DNA from: Lama guanicoe
Taxonomy: Eukaryota
DNA length: 60,000 nt
Assembly (NCBI GenBank): GCA_013239625.1
Contig: MU053934.1
Span: forward strand, 10,127,352-10,187,351
Direction: 5' to 3'
Shown in pieces: positions 49,131 through 60,000 of this stretch (positions within the stretch are counted from its first letter, which is position 1; every line of letters begins with the position of its first letter). Both the position numbers and the translations under genes were made by a program. Under the pieces are notes generated by a model that was given only the letters and a program-made list of their open reading frames with translations, searched no databases and had not been told where the DNA came from.

Positions 49131-49315
49131 TCAACTTCCTTTGCACCAGGAGCTTTCAAAGAACTTTCCTTGTTATTATGTCACTACTCTGAGGTTGAAG
49201 CTATTTGCATCCCTATTTTGCAAATCAGCAAACTGAGGCACAAAGAGATTAAGTACGTTGATCATGGTCTTCAAACTACTGACCGTCAGAGCCAGGGTTG
49301 ACCCCAGCAGTCTCC
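49130..49315 (-). mobile_element. MIR
   Basis: atccctattttgcaaatcagcaaactgaggcacaaagagattaagtac...agagccagggttgaccccagcagtct. Confidence 0.8.
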
Positions 49316-50809
49316 TGCTGTGCTGACGGCATTTCTCTTTTATGGGGGAAGGGGCAGCCGAATGAGCTGTGTCCTCAGGCTTCTGTCCTTTCCTCTGTGG
49401 GCCTGTATCAGGGTGGAGAGTTCACAGGGGTCCCATCTGTCAAGACAGACTCTTCACTGATGAAGTTTTGCTGACTGGTGCCTTCATGGGCTCAGCGGGC
49501 CTTTCCTGAGACGCAGCGGAGGTCAGTAGCTTGTCCACCTCCTACAGCTCAGACTTGGTTGCAGTGAGCTTCCTCTTTCAGGTTAATGTTTTGTGCGCTT
49601 TCAGCTAGGAGCTGCTCTCCTGCCCAGCTGGCAGAGCTGTGCGCTAAAGGACTTCGGTGTGAGCTGATCAGTGGTCGCAGCAGCAGGGCCATTATGTGCA
49701 ATTCTAGCTGCTTGGAAGAGCAATTTTGTTAGCGCCCGGTGTTAGGATGAACCCTTCTTTCTCCTTTTGCCCCTTAGAGTTGTGAACACAGCTTCTGAAA
49801 ATAAGGGAATGGAGTGTTTTTGTTGAATCTACCAACCAGCTCCATTGAGGTTCATTTTCTTGGCCAGACAGGCTGGTGTGTGGTGAAGCTGCTCGCTGGT
49901 CCTGCCTGCGTGGTGAACACTGTGTCTCGGACGTGCTCAGCACTGACGACATCCCCCTGCTTCCTGCAGAGAGTGTCCTGTCTGGGGCTGGGGGCAGCCA
50001 CAACACACAGCTGCTACCCTGCAAGACTGCGTACCACTGGTGGGCTGCGAGGGGTGGGGAGGTGGGTGTCCTCGCCACGCGGGGGCCTGGGCGTCCCCCT
50101 CCCTGGGCAGCTCAGGCCCGCCGGCCTCAGGTGACTCTGCCTTCTTATCTGAAGGGCAGCACAGGGATCAGAGCTCTTTAAGCAGAAAAGATTTTGTGTA
50201 CCTTTTAGCTCTTAAATGGGCAAGTACTTGTTCCCTTGAGGACAGTTCTGATCACAGCAGGACCTACACAAACAGGACTGTAGTTTGTAGTGAACCCGTA
50301 GGGGCCTGCCAGGAAGCATCAGCTCTGTACGTGGTCACAGCCCCGTACGGTTCCTCTCTCTCGGTTCTGTCCTGCTCCCCGGGGTGGGGCCTCCTCCTCC
50401 CGGCCGTGGTCACCGTCGTGGGCTTTGCTGCTGTCCCCTCACTGCGGCGCACCAGCCAGTGACTGCGGGCCACATCTGTTCCGTGGGACGGCTTCTGCTC
50501 AGCTCGGTTTGGGGAGCCTTTGATGCAGGTGCAGGGGTGTCTCCTGACTGTGCTCTTTGTCCCTGTGTGGGGCAGCGGCTGCAGCGTCTCGAGACAGAAG
50601 AATGGTTGTTTAAACTCAGCGCATCCCTCCCTGCTGCTCAGAGACCCTGTGAAGCAGGCAGGGACTGTCAGTCCCCCAGGAAGCAAGATCGTCTTGCAGA
50701 CGCTGCCAAGCAGAGGTGCACGAGGTGGGTCGGAAAGGCCAGGAGAGGCACGCCATCGACATGTTTATGGTGCAGATTCAACCCTACATGCTGGGCCAGC
50801 ACGAAGACA

Positions 50810-50941
50810 TGCACACACACCCATGCACACACCCCTGTGCACACACCCCCACGTGCACACACCCCCGTGCACACACCCATGCACACACAGCCCCGTGCGC
50901 ACACCCCCCCGTCCCGTGCACACACACCCCTCGTGCACACA
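50810..50941 (+). repeat. Imperfect CA-rich minisatellite (ccc(g/a)tgcacacac-like units)
   Basis: About 8 degenerate units of gcacacac plus a C run. Confidence 0.85.
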
Positions 50942-52661
50942 GGGTTGGGTTGACTGGTTTGGAGGTAGACCTGAAAGTTTTGCTGAGAGCTTGGGTGAAG
51001 TGGAGAGAGTGGTTAGGGGGGACCCCAGGCTTTCCCTCCCCAGCAGGAAGGGATGGCATCGCCTCTTCCAGAGGAGATGGGCGGGGAGGGCCACGGTGAG
51101 GAGCCCAGTGTCACTCTCGTGTCAGAACGCCGCTGGTCTTGGCCTTCTCCTCCCCAGGAGCTGTGGATTTGGGCCCTTTTTCAGGTCTGCGTCCACCATG
51201 AACGTCCACCTTCTCCAGGGCAGGTGGCCAAGGCTGAGGCTCTGCGCCCTGCTGGCTCTCTCTTTCCTGCCCAAGGTCAGGGCCAGCTCTGTCCTCTGAG
51301 CTCCCTGCTCTTGGTTCACAGTCGGAGCTCAGGGACCCGAGTCAGGAGATTCCGGGCCAGTATGATGAGAGTGGTGGCAGCTTCCATCGGTGAGGTGGTC
51401 GTTGGAGACGAGTGCAGACAGCGGATAGATGCTGGCGGGACGCTGGTGAAGAAGAGACATCTGTGCATCTTCCAGATGCTTGTGCGTGTGGAAGGGCTGG
51501 AACAGCAGCCCCCGCCCCTCAGCTCCGCCGCTCGTCTCTCTGGGCTCTGAATGAGCTGAGTTCTGCTGTTCTTTCTCTCCAGGGATTTCTGGGGCCCACG
51601 CTCCTTGTAGATACGCGGGAAACGGTGTTGTTCTGAGACATGTGCGAGCCCGCAGCCGTGCAGAGGGATGTGGGCGCTTGTAGGTATCTGTGGGTGGAAA
51701 CAGCCCAGCAGCTCCCCGGCCTTCACCTGCCCCTGCGCGCAGCCTCGGGCCTGCCTGCCCTTTGCGTCTCTGCCTGAGACCTGCCGCCTGTGAAACGGGC
51801 GGTTCTTCCCGGCTTTCCGTCTCGCTGGGAGGCTGATGACTGAGTATGTGTACAGTGGTGCGTAGTCTTTGAAGTCAAATCACAAAGCACATGTGCATTA
51901 TTATTATGGCTCTAATGGTATTTATATTTAAATCATCGTTATTGCAATAATCTACCATTTTGCCAATAAAACACAAAACCACTTCAGAAGAGCATTCTAA
52001 AATGGTAGCGTTTTCTGGGGCTGGTCAGCAGCGTCTAATTTGGGGCCTTCACAGTTGGCTTCGTGATTCATGTATTATGTATTTGCACAGAATAATCAAG
52101 GGTGTGCAGTGTTGCCCAGGGCAGCGAGTGTGGGAAACGCACACTTGGTGCAGTTGCGCTGAGCGAGCGCCCGGCCGCCTGCGTTGACGCGGTTGCGTTT
52201 CACGTGGGGCGGGGCTGCCAGCAGCCTTTGGTGCTGGTTCTGAGCCCGCGAGGCTGGGCCTTGGGGCAACGTGTCATCAGGGCCGAGTGCCTGCTGTCAG
52301 CTGTGCGGTTACGGCCGAGCCGTGCGGTGGGCCAGCAGCTCAGCGGGGCGGCTTTTTTCCTTCCGGGTACGTGCAACATTCGTAAACCTGATTTCTAACT
52401 GATGGAATTTGCGCTCCTCAAGCAAAAGTCTCAGATGCAGAGCTTTACTTAGTGGGAAATGGTGCTCTCTCAGGCGCCCTGGCACTCCAGTCCCTGAGGG
52501 TGTTACAGGGTGAACCTGGAGGCCGCGTGGCTGGTGGGGAGATGGGGGAACAGCGCGAGCCTGTCCCCTTCCATCTCACCGGACGTCACATTCAGCTTCC
52601 TGGGGTTGGACCGGCTGCCGCACTCAGAGCAGAGGCAGCAAGACGTGGCTGTTTATCGTTA

Positions 52662-53168
52662 GTTTGTTTTTCAATTGGAGTGTAGTTGATTTACAGTGTT
52701 GTGCTGGTTTCTGGTGTACAGCAGAGTGATTCTGCTACACATACGTGTGTTTTCATTATAGGCTGTTACAAGATGTTGAATAGAGCTCCCTGTGCTCTGC
52801 AGTAGCTCCTTGTTCATCTATTTTGTGTGCAGTAGTCAGTATCTGCAAATCCCAGACTCCCAACTTACCCCTCTCTCCCCTTTCCCGTTCCTGGTAACCA
52901 TAAGTTTGTTTTCTGTGTCTGTGAATCTGTTTCTGGTTTATAAGTAGGTTCATTTGTGTCATTTTTTAAGATTCCACGTGTAAGTGATATCACGTATTTG
53001 TCTTTCTTGGTCTGACTTAACTTCACTTAATATGACAATCTCCAGGTCCATCCATGTTGCTGCAAATGGCATTATTTCATTCTTTTTTATGGCTGAGTAG
53101 TATTCCACTCACAGACACCTACATATACACACACCACATCTTTATCCATTCATCTGTCAATGGACATT
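52662..53168 (-). mobile_element. Cetartiodactyl-type L1 3' end (~500 bp)
   Basis: ttggagtgtagttgatttacagtgttg...ctggtaaccataagtttgttttc...catccatgttgctgcaaatggcattatttcattc. Confidence 0.9.
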
Positions 53169-53189
53169 ACTATTAGTTTTGAAATTAAG

Positions 53190-54850
53190 ATGTGTCCTGC
53201 TGAGCTGCACAGCACAGGGCAGTGGCGTGCGATGGGCGGATGAGGACAGAGGCTCGTCTGTGTCCATCTGCAGCCCCTCCCGTCTCTGCGCTTTCTCCTT
53301 GGCTGGCTTCAGGATGCGCCCTCCTGTCTTGCTGCCTTGTACATTTGCCTCCGCTAAGGAATCAATATCGAGAGGTTATTATGACCTATATTTAGATTTT
53401 CTCAGTTTTTACTGTTAACCCCTTTCTGGTCCACGACTCTGTCCAGGTCGCCACAGCTCATCATGTCTTTGAGCTCCGCTCGGCTGATGTTTTCTCAGAT
53501 TTCCCTTGTTTTAATGAGCTTGATAGTTGAGTACTTGCGGGTTGTTTTGTAGAAACCCCTAAATCTGGGTTTGCCTGATGTTCTCTTGTAGTGACACTGG
53601 GGTTACGGGGGTGGGAGGGGTGGGAGGGATGACTGAGGCCCTCTGGTCACATCACGCCGGGGTGCTCTGGCGGCGGGGCTCGTGTCCACATGGATCTCCC
53701 GGCTGAGGTGTATCTGTCGCTTTTCTCCACGGCGGAGTTCCTCTGTTTCCCTCTCCTTTCCACCCTGTCCTCTTTGGAAGGAAGCCACGACGTGCCCAGA
53801 CATAAGGGGTGGCAGGTATGCTCTCCCTCCTTGAGGGCGGGCATCTGTGTAAGTTAATTGGAATTCTGCCTGAGAGACGTGTGTGTTTTCCCCATCTGTT
53901 AATTTATTCAGTCACTACGATCAGTACGGATGCACAGGAATTTATTGTACATTTTGGGTGATGGCCCAACAGCACTGCATTGTCTGTTCTTGCTCAGAGT
54001 GTTTGCGCTCTGGCCACTGGGCACTGTTTCTGTTGGCGCCTGGGTCCCTCAGACACCCCCCACCACCAGTGCGTGTGTGTGGCCGTTTCTCCGGGGAGCC
54101 CTTCGGTGGGAGCGTGGCAGCAGAAGCCCAGATCTGTGTGACTGGCGCACCCTTGCCAGGCACCTCTTAAAGAAATTCTAAGGAAGGGAAGCTGCGTTCA
54201 TTGTTCGCCGTCATTTTGTCATTTGCCTGCCGTTGTCTGTGGTCTTCTCTGGTGGACCTGTTTCCGCCTTGTGTTGTGTTCTTTCTGCCAGGAGAGCTGT
54301 GTTTGGCGTTTCTCGTGCCGCAGCTTTTCTTTGTCTGGAGAAGTGTTTACTTCACCTCGCGAAGGGTGTTGTTCGCGGAGTGTGGGATCCTGGGTTGGCA
54401 GGTTTTTCTCTCGGTACTTTAGTGACATCGTTGCATCGTCTTTTGTCCTGTGTAGTTTCTATGGGAAGTCTGCTAAAATTATGACTTTTGTTCCCCTTCT
54501 TAGAATTTGGTAGAATTCCCTGGAAGTTAACCAGTTCCACTGTCCCAGTCTGGTTAAAACGTCGTCTCCGGGGCAGGCGGTGCTCGGGCCTGAGCTGCCT
54601 TCCCGCTCGGCTGTGTGACTTGCATGTGTCCTGTGGCCCTGCTGGTCTGCTGTCTCACCTCTCCAACAGGCGAGGGTCACACCTGTGCTTGGCTCCGGGC
54701 TAGGATGAGGGACGTGATGCGCGACTTCTGAGCTGCGTGCCGCCCGGCGTTCAGTCGGAACGTGGAAGCTTTTCTTGGCTGAGTTGTGCTCAGTGCACAT
54801 CAGTTAAATCGGTGAATTGAGATTTCGCCCAAGTTAGAAACCACACTGGG
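53190..54850 (-). mobile_element. Old antisense L1MC/MD-like fragments
   Basis: ttttgtagaaacccctaaatctgggtttgcctgatg, ctttggaaggaagccac, ctggagaagtgtttacttcacctc...tcctgggttggcagg. Confidence 0.6.
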
Positions 54851-57709
54851 TTCCCTGTTCAAGGCTAAGAATCGTGGCTCACAGCACGGGCCCCACCCTC
54901 TTATTGGCCCCCACCGCCGGCTGACCTCTCCCGGGCGGCCCCAGGGATGGCATCTCCCAGTGCATGAGGTGGCCGCCTGCGACTCCCTCATCCAGATCCA
55001 GACCCACGGAGCCCGGCCTGCTGTTCTGCCCACGGTTCTGAGAACCTGCCCCGTGACTGGGCCAGCCTCTGGGCCTCTGTCAGTCTACTTCCTTTGATTA
55101 AAACCACATTTCTTAGGCCTGACTGTGTTAAAAATAGCGGCAACAAAACCCCGAAGATGGCGATGAACAGAAAGCACATCATAAACCACAAAGCCCCGGG
55201 AAGGCACTCGGCGCCCCCGTCTGCGGGTCGGGCAGCCGCGCGTCCCACCAGTGCTTCCAGAAGCCTGCTGTGGGCTGAGCCCCGCGCCCTGGGTTCCTGG
55301 AGCCCCGCGGCTGCACTGCCTGGGAGTGGGCCTCAGGGTGGTCCCTCCCCGAGAGACGTGCTGTGTTTGCTGGGGCCGCCCGCCCAGGAGGACCTCAGGG
55401 AGGAGGGGAGGGCACGCTGCGAGGCCAGTGGTGTGAGGTTCTGGAACCTTGCAGCGACCACGAGGAGCTCGTGCTGGTGACTGAAGGGGCAGAACCCAGA
55501 GGGGGCCTCTGTGGAGAGTCTCGCTGGCCTGGCCAGCGGGCTCGGGCTGACACGGGGTGCCGGGGGGCTGTGGCAGAGCAGTGTCATTTAGGAGAGTGAG
55601 GTGGTTGGACGTGTGCATTTTTGAAGCTATGCTTATTTATCATCCAGGTCTCAAGTCAGTGGGCCCCCTCCTCCATGCAGCCTTCCCAGGCCTCCCTCTG
55701 GAGCGGGATGGGCTTTCCCCCTCCTTGGAGGCCAGCATGCGGCCTGCCTCCCTCCAGCCAGGCCCTGGGAGGCTAGCTGGCCATCCCGCCTTCAGCTGGT
55801 GTGTCTTGGGCACCTCTTAGGTGACTTATTGTCGGGCGTCCCTCCCTGGGTCTTTCAAGCCTACGCTTCGTCAGGAAACATCACCGTAGACCCAGAAATC
55901 TACACACCTAATGGATTACGGTGCTGGTGGGGCTACTCCAGGGGAGAAGAAAGGCCTGTGTGAGTGTCTGGTGGGGGGCAGGCCCACCAGGTTCACGAGG
56001 CCCCTGGGATGGCTGAGCGCCCCCCCCATGGCAGCCACCCTGTGAGAGCAGGGCTGGCGCAGAGGGACACTGTGCTGAGTCGCATGCAGCCTGACGCGTG
56101 GCCTCCACAGTCTAAGTCCCGCTTTTCCTTATCACTCTCAGTGTGAGTCCCTCGGAGGTGAGTGGCTCCTCTGATCCTCACACCTGCTGCAGCCCGGGCT
56201 CTGGCGGGGAGCAGGAGGCTGGGGCACAGGGCTGGTGAGTTGAGGAGGAGACGGAATTCACAGCAGCTGCACATGGCTGAGCATCAGTGTCTCCACTCAG
56301 CTGCTGGTGTGGACCGGAGTGAAATGGGCCATCTACCCATTAGGAATATAATTGAAAATAATACCGGGCAATTTAATACGGCGGTTTCTTAACATTTTTT
56401 GCATAAATTAGCAAAATGCTTCAGAATGTTACATGCAGTTGAAATGGAAATGACAGACTCCCAGGGACGGACACGCAGATCTTCTCGGGATGTCCCAGAA
56501 GGAGTTTCTGATCAGCTCCGGAAATGAAGGGGTTATCCTTGTCGTGTTTTGTGGAACCACAGAATGTTATTTGTAACCCATGTCAGGAGCAATTAAACTG
56601 ATTGATGATTAAGAAAGTTTAATAGTTGAATAATAAGATGCAGTTCTTGACAGCTATTTTTTCTCATTTTGGAAGCATATTTTATGAGTCTAATAACAGT
56701 GTGAAGGATGGGCCTCGGAGTGTGTTGTGGTGTAATTACGTGGTGGTGATATGATACTCAGTCTGGTGTTACATGGTATGTTACTTATAAAAAATTAAAA
56801 TACCAATTATGATTTTTTGATTTATTATTGCAGTGGTTGGTTAATTTTGACTCACCCCAAGAGGGGTTAATTAGTACATATTGATATATTTGATTAAAAG
56901 TACTCTAGTGTTGAATTGAGTAAGGAAGGTCAAACAAAATAAATTATTTTCCAGCCACCCCAGAAGGCCATCGTGAGTTTAGTTATCTTTCGTGCTTATG
57001 TGAGAAGGTGGCTTCACGTGGACTAGAAACGTTGGTTGGCTCAGATCGGTGGTGCCATGGGCATCCCGTGCAGTTGGACGTGGCCGTGGCATTCTCACAG
57101 CCACCTGTGCCCCCTCCTTGCTGCCTGGGGGCAGTTTCCCATAGAGTTTATCCTTGTGAACCATTTCTTCTGTTTGTGAAAGGCAAACCGACGATAGTTT
57201 AAAAAAATCCTTTCTGGAAATAAGCAGGGATGCTACAAAGAAGGAAACGGGAAGGAATAATGAACTAAAACAAAAAGAAGTTCAGCGTCGCAGGTAATGA
57301 AGATGCAAATTGAACCAGCAATCGGTTCTATTTTTGTCTATCAAATTAGCGAAGATGGAAAAGGATAATGCTCAGTGCTCTTCAGGTGAGGGGAGATTGA
57401 CACCCTGTAATCTTGCTGGAAAGCGCTCGGTGCTTATTCAAAGTCTGGGAGGCACCCCCATCTCAGGGGGTGGAGGCGGCACACAGGCTGGACTGGGGGG
57501 GCCCCTTTGCAGCCTTACTTCCTGGGGAAGCTCAGCCAGACCCACGTGTGCGACCACCGAGAACGTGTAACCCGGTTGTGGTAGGTGATTTCCACACAGC
57601 CTCGAGTGTTATGCCACGAGAATTCCTTTTTCAGTCTGTGAAAATGACCAGGGCGTGAATAAAGTAGGACACAGAGCTTCGTCTTTAGTCTCAGTGCCGG
57701 TTTATTGGA

Positions 57710-57743
57710 GCGTGTGTGTGTGTGTGTGTGTGCGCGCGCACGC
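57710..57743 (+). repeat. (TG)n(CG)n alternating purine-pyrimidine tract
   Basis: gcgtgtgtgtgtgtgtgtgtgtgcgcgcgcacgc. Confidence 0.9.
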
Positions 57744-60000
57744 TGTGGGGGAAGCGATAATCCAGTGACTGTGCCTGAGGCCAGCCGGGCCTGCGCGCTG
57801 CGTTTATGGACACTGGGCTTTGATGTGCGTTCTGTACTGTCCAGGTTATTTTTGGGAACCACGCCCTGTGATAAAAGCATTACTGGAAAGACGGCCTCCC
57901 TGTGTGTAGTGAGCTGGAAGACCCAGACAGGAGGCCCCTTTCTCGGGGCTCAGCCGGTCACCCCGCGGTCGGTGGACTTGCACTGGGCAGATTTAGTGCC
58001 TCGTCCAGCCCTGAGGGGGGTCCGAGGGCTGTGAGGGAGGGGCTGCGGGCTCTGGCTGAGGGAGTCCCCCCCCACCGCAGATGAGGGCTTCCGTGGGAAA
58101 ACCACCGCCGTCCTCCGGGGTCTGGATTTATGTCCCCTCTGCTGCTGGTGAGGCCTGGAGCGGGATCCAGCCTGGATTAAGTTGTCCTGAAGGCCGCCTG
58201 TGAGCTGGGCGGGTTGTGAGGGAGGGAGGCTGGGGAGGGCAGGCGGCAGGCGGCACGCGACTGCGGAGGCTCCTTGAAGCCAAGCCAGGCGGTCAGTGGA
58301 GGCCTGGCCGCGGAGTCCACGGGGAACCAGGAGGCTTTGCATGTGGAGTCACGCTGTGGCCTGTGCTTTCACTCAGCTCTGTTGCCCAGTCTGGGCACCC
58401 AGTGCCAGGGTCCGTGTGACCCAGTGAAAATGCCCTCCTCTTCATCTGGGCCCCGACCACGTAGGTGAACAAAGGCCTAACAGATGGATGCCAGAGTAGC
58501 CCCTTGTATACGGATGCTGCCAGGCTGGAGTGTGAGCCCCGTCAGGGTCCTGGGATGGGGACGGGCAGTCTGCTCCCGGAGGGAGCCGTCCCACACACCC
58601 TGGGAGAGAAAGAGGGGCACTGCTGGGCCCTGCTCGTCCCTTGTTACTGCCCAGAGACCAGCATGTCTCCCTGGAGGAGAGGGAAGTGCCTGGCCTGTGC
58701 GGCACTGGGGGGGCATCCCTGCCAGATGCCCCGGGCAGGCCTGCCAGTAGCAGGGGCCCTCGTGGAGACATGGGCCCTCCCCCATTAGCCTGATTGTGGC
58801 AGACTTCCCCCAAGGGCACTGGGGGGGGGGAGCTGGTCCTGCATCCCAGGCTGGGAACGGTATTCTCAGGTGGCAGGGAGTGGAGCATGCTGGATGGCCC
58901 AGGGATACTGGGCTCCTGGAGGAGGTGACAGCCTGGAACAGGAGCCTGGGAGGTGGTGGTGGCTCTGACCAGCGGGTTCTAAGTGCCTAGCCCAAGGGCA
59001 TTGTGGCTCCTTTTGTGTGCCCATGTGCCGGCCTTGTAGGGTAGTTAAAACTGGATCCAGTCCTTTTGGTTCTGTTTGTGGCAGGGACCTGTCAGTGGCT
59101 GTCCTGCTCCCAGGACCTGGGCCAGCCTCGTCACCCCTAACACTTTGCTGGTTCCGTGGTCCCACTGGAGCCGGCATCTTAATCCCCTTCACCCAGGCAC
59201 ACTGAGTCCTCTGTCTCTGTTACGCTGGGTTGGGACGAGGGCTGTCTGTAGGCAGGGGTCTCTGCACAGGCGTGTGAGGAGGACCCCCGCCCCACTTAGG
59301 TGGCGTTCTTGCTCTCGGAGAGCTGTGACTCGTGGGCAGTGTGAAGTGCTCGCCGATGCTCCTTCAGGATCGATCCTCCGTCGCCCACCGGTCCCTGTCT
59401 GCGAGGCCAGCCGGGGACCCAGGCTGCCCCCTGTTGTCACACCACGGGTGGGGGACCCTGGAAGGGAGAGGCCCACCTCTTCACCCCTGTGCTGAGCGCC
59501 TCCGTTCCCCTCCCGTTGAGCTCCTTTGGCCCTGATAGTGCTCCTGGGGTCAGAGCGGGTCGGGACTCCGCGTGCCCCACCCGCCTGTTCTGGGAGCAGC
59601 CTGGCACGATGCTGGCCCTGGCGTGTTGTGTGTCCTGTGTCCCTCTGAGCAGCCACCTGGACTGGGCTTTTCAGGCTCCACTCGTTCTAACGGCCTGTGG
59701 TCAGATTTTGCCCCTTGATCCTTTGCGCTGACTTTCCTACTTCGCCTTTCCAGCACTATCCCCCAGGGACCTCTGAAGCCTCCAGTTGGTCAACAGACTC
59801 CTGTAAGATTTTTCTGCCCCAAACGTAGACCAGCTGCTCTCCCAGAGCCCTGGTTCCTTGCCGCGTGGGCTGGCAACAGAGACTGAAGCCTGGACTTCCC
59901 GCGAGCCCGCGGGGAAGGAGGGTCCCACGGTGGCAACTGGCCGCTGGTGACCGAGCAGAGAGAGGCCGGGAGTCTGCTGTTCCCCCCACTTTACCACATT

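Larger units (their letters stand above)
1..60000 (+). other. TBC1D22A: Internal portion of the TBC1D22A transcription unit; neither the start nor the end of the gene is in the window
   Basis: The four exons encode only the N-terminal half of the TBC domain, and no further TBC exon was recognised after 29950, so the last intron exceeds 30 kb. Confidence 0.9.

Noticed and set aside
48727..49236. Poly-His, poly-Met/Val and Gly/Asp-rich ORFs
   Set aside because: All are reading frames of a stop-free GAT/GGT triplet repeat; there is no other coding evidence.
50810..50941. CRISPR-like repeat array
   Set aside because: Low-complexity CA minisatellite without unique spacers, in a mammalian intron.
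50384..51550. Overlapping long ORFs up to 259 aa, and similar ones at 19943-20686, 40969-41715 and 5991-6964
   Set aside because: Pro/Gly/Arg/Ala/Cys-rich, overlapping on both strands, with no recognisable domain; this is expected in stop-poor GC-rich DNA.
29951..60000. Next constitutive TBC1D22A exon (expected EAD.YWC-type motif)
   Set aside because: Not found by eye or in the ORF track; it presumably lies beyond the window, though a short exon could have been missed.

Overview
This is mammalian DNA, most likely camelid, judged from a Vic-1-like tRNA-derived SINE and lineage-type L1 3' ends. The whole window lies inside one + strand gene, TBC1D22A (a TBC-domain Rab GAP). Four coding exons (4691-4761, 11036-11164, 14352-14414, 29836-29950; exons 5-8 by recalled human numbering) splice in frame. 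They encode the catalytic IxxDxxR arginine finger and YxQ glutamine finger. The rest is GC-rich intron containing L1, L2, MIR, MaLR/ERVL LTRs, a ~1.4 kb decayed piggyBac (Looper-like) transposon and simple repeats. Nearly all ORFs in the supplied track are chance ORFs. I found no convincing wholly new biological system. The best leads are: an L1 fragment wedged between the probable branch point and the acceptor of exon 6, with an open in-frame cryptic extension; candidate truncating terminal exons after exon 8; the piggyBac fossil; and apparent AT-to-GC remodelling of old repeats. Repeat subfamily names come from recalled consensus sequences, repeat boundaries are approximate, and both need RepeatMasker/Dfam confirmation.
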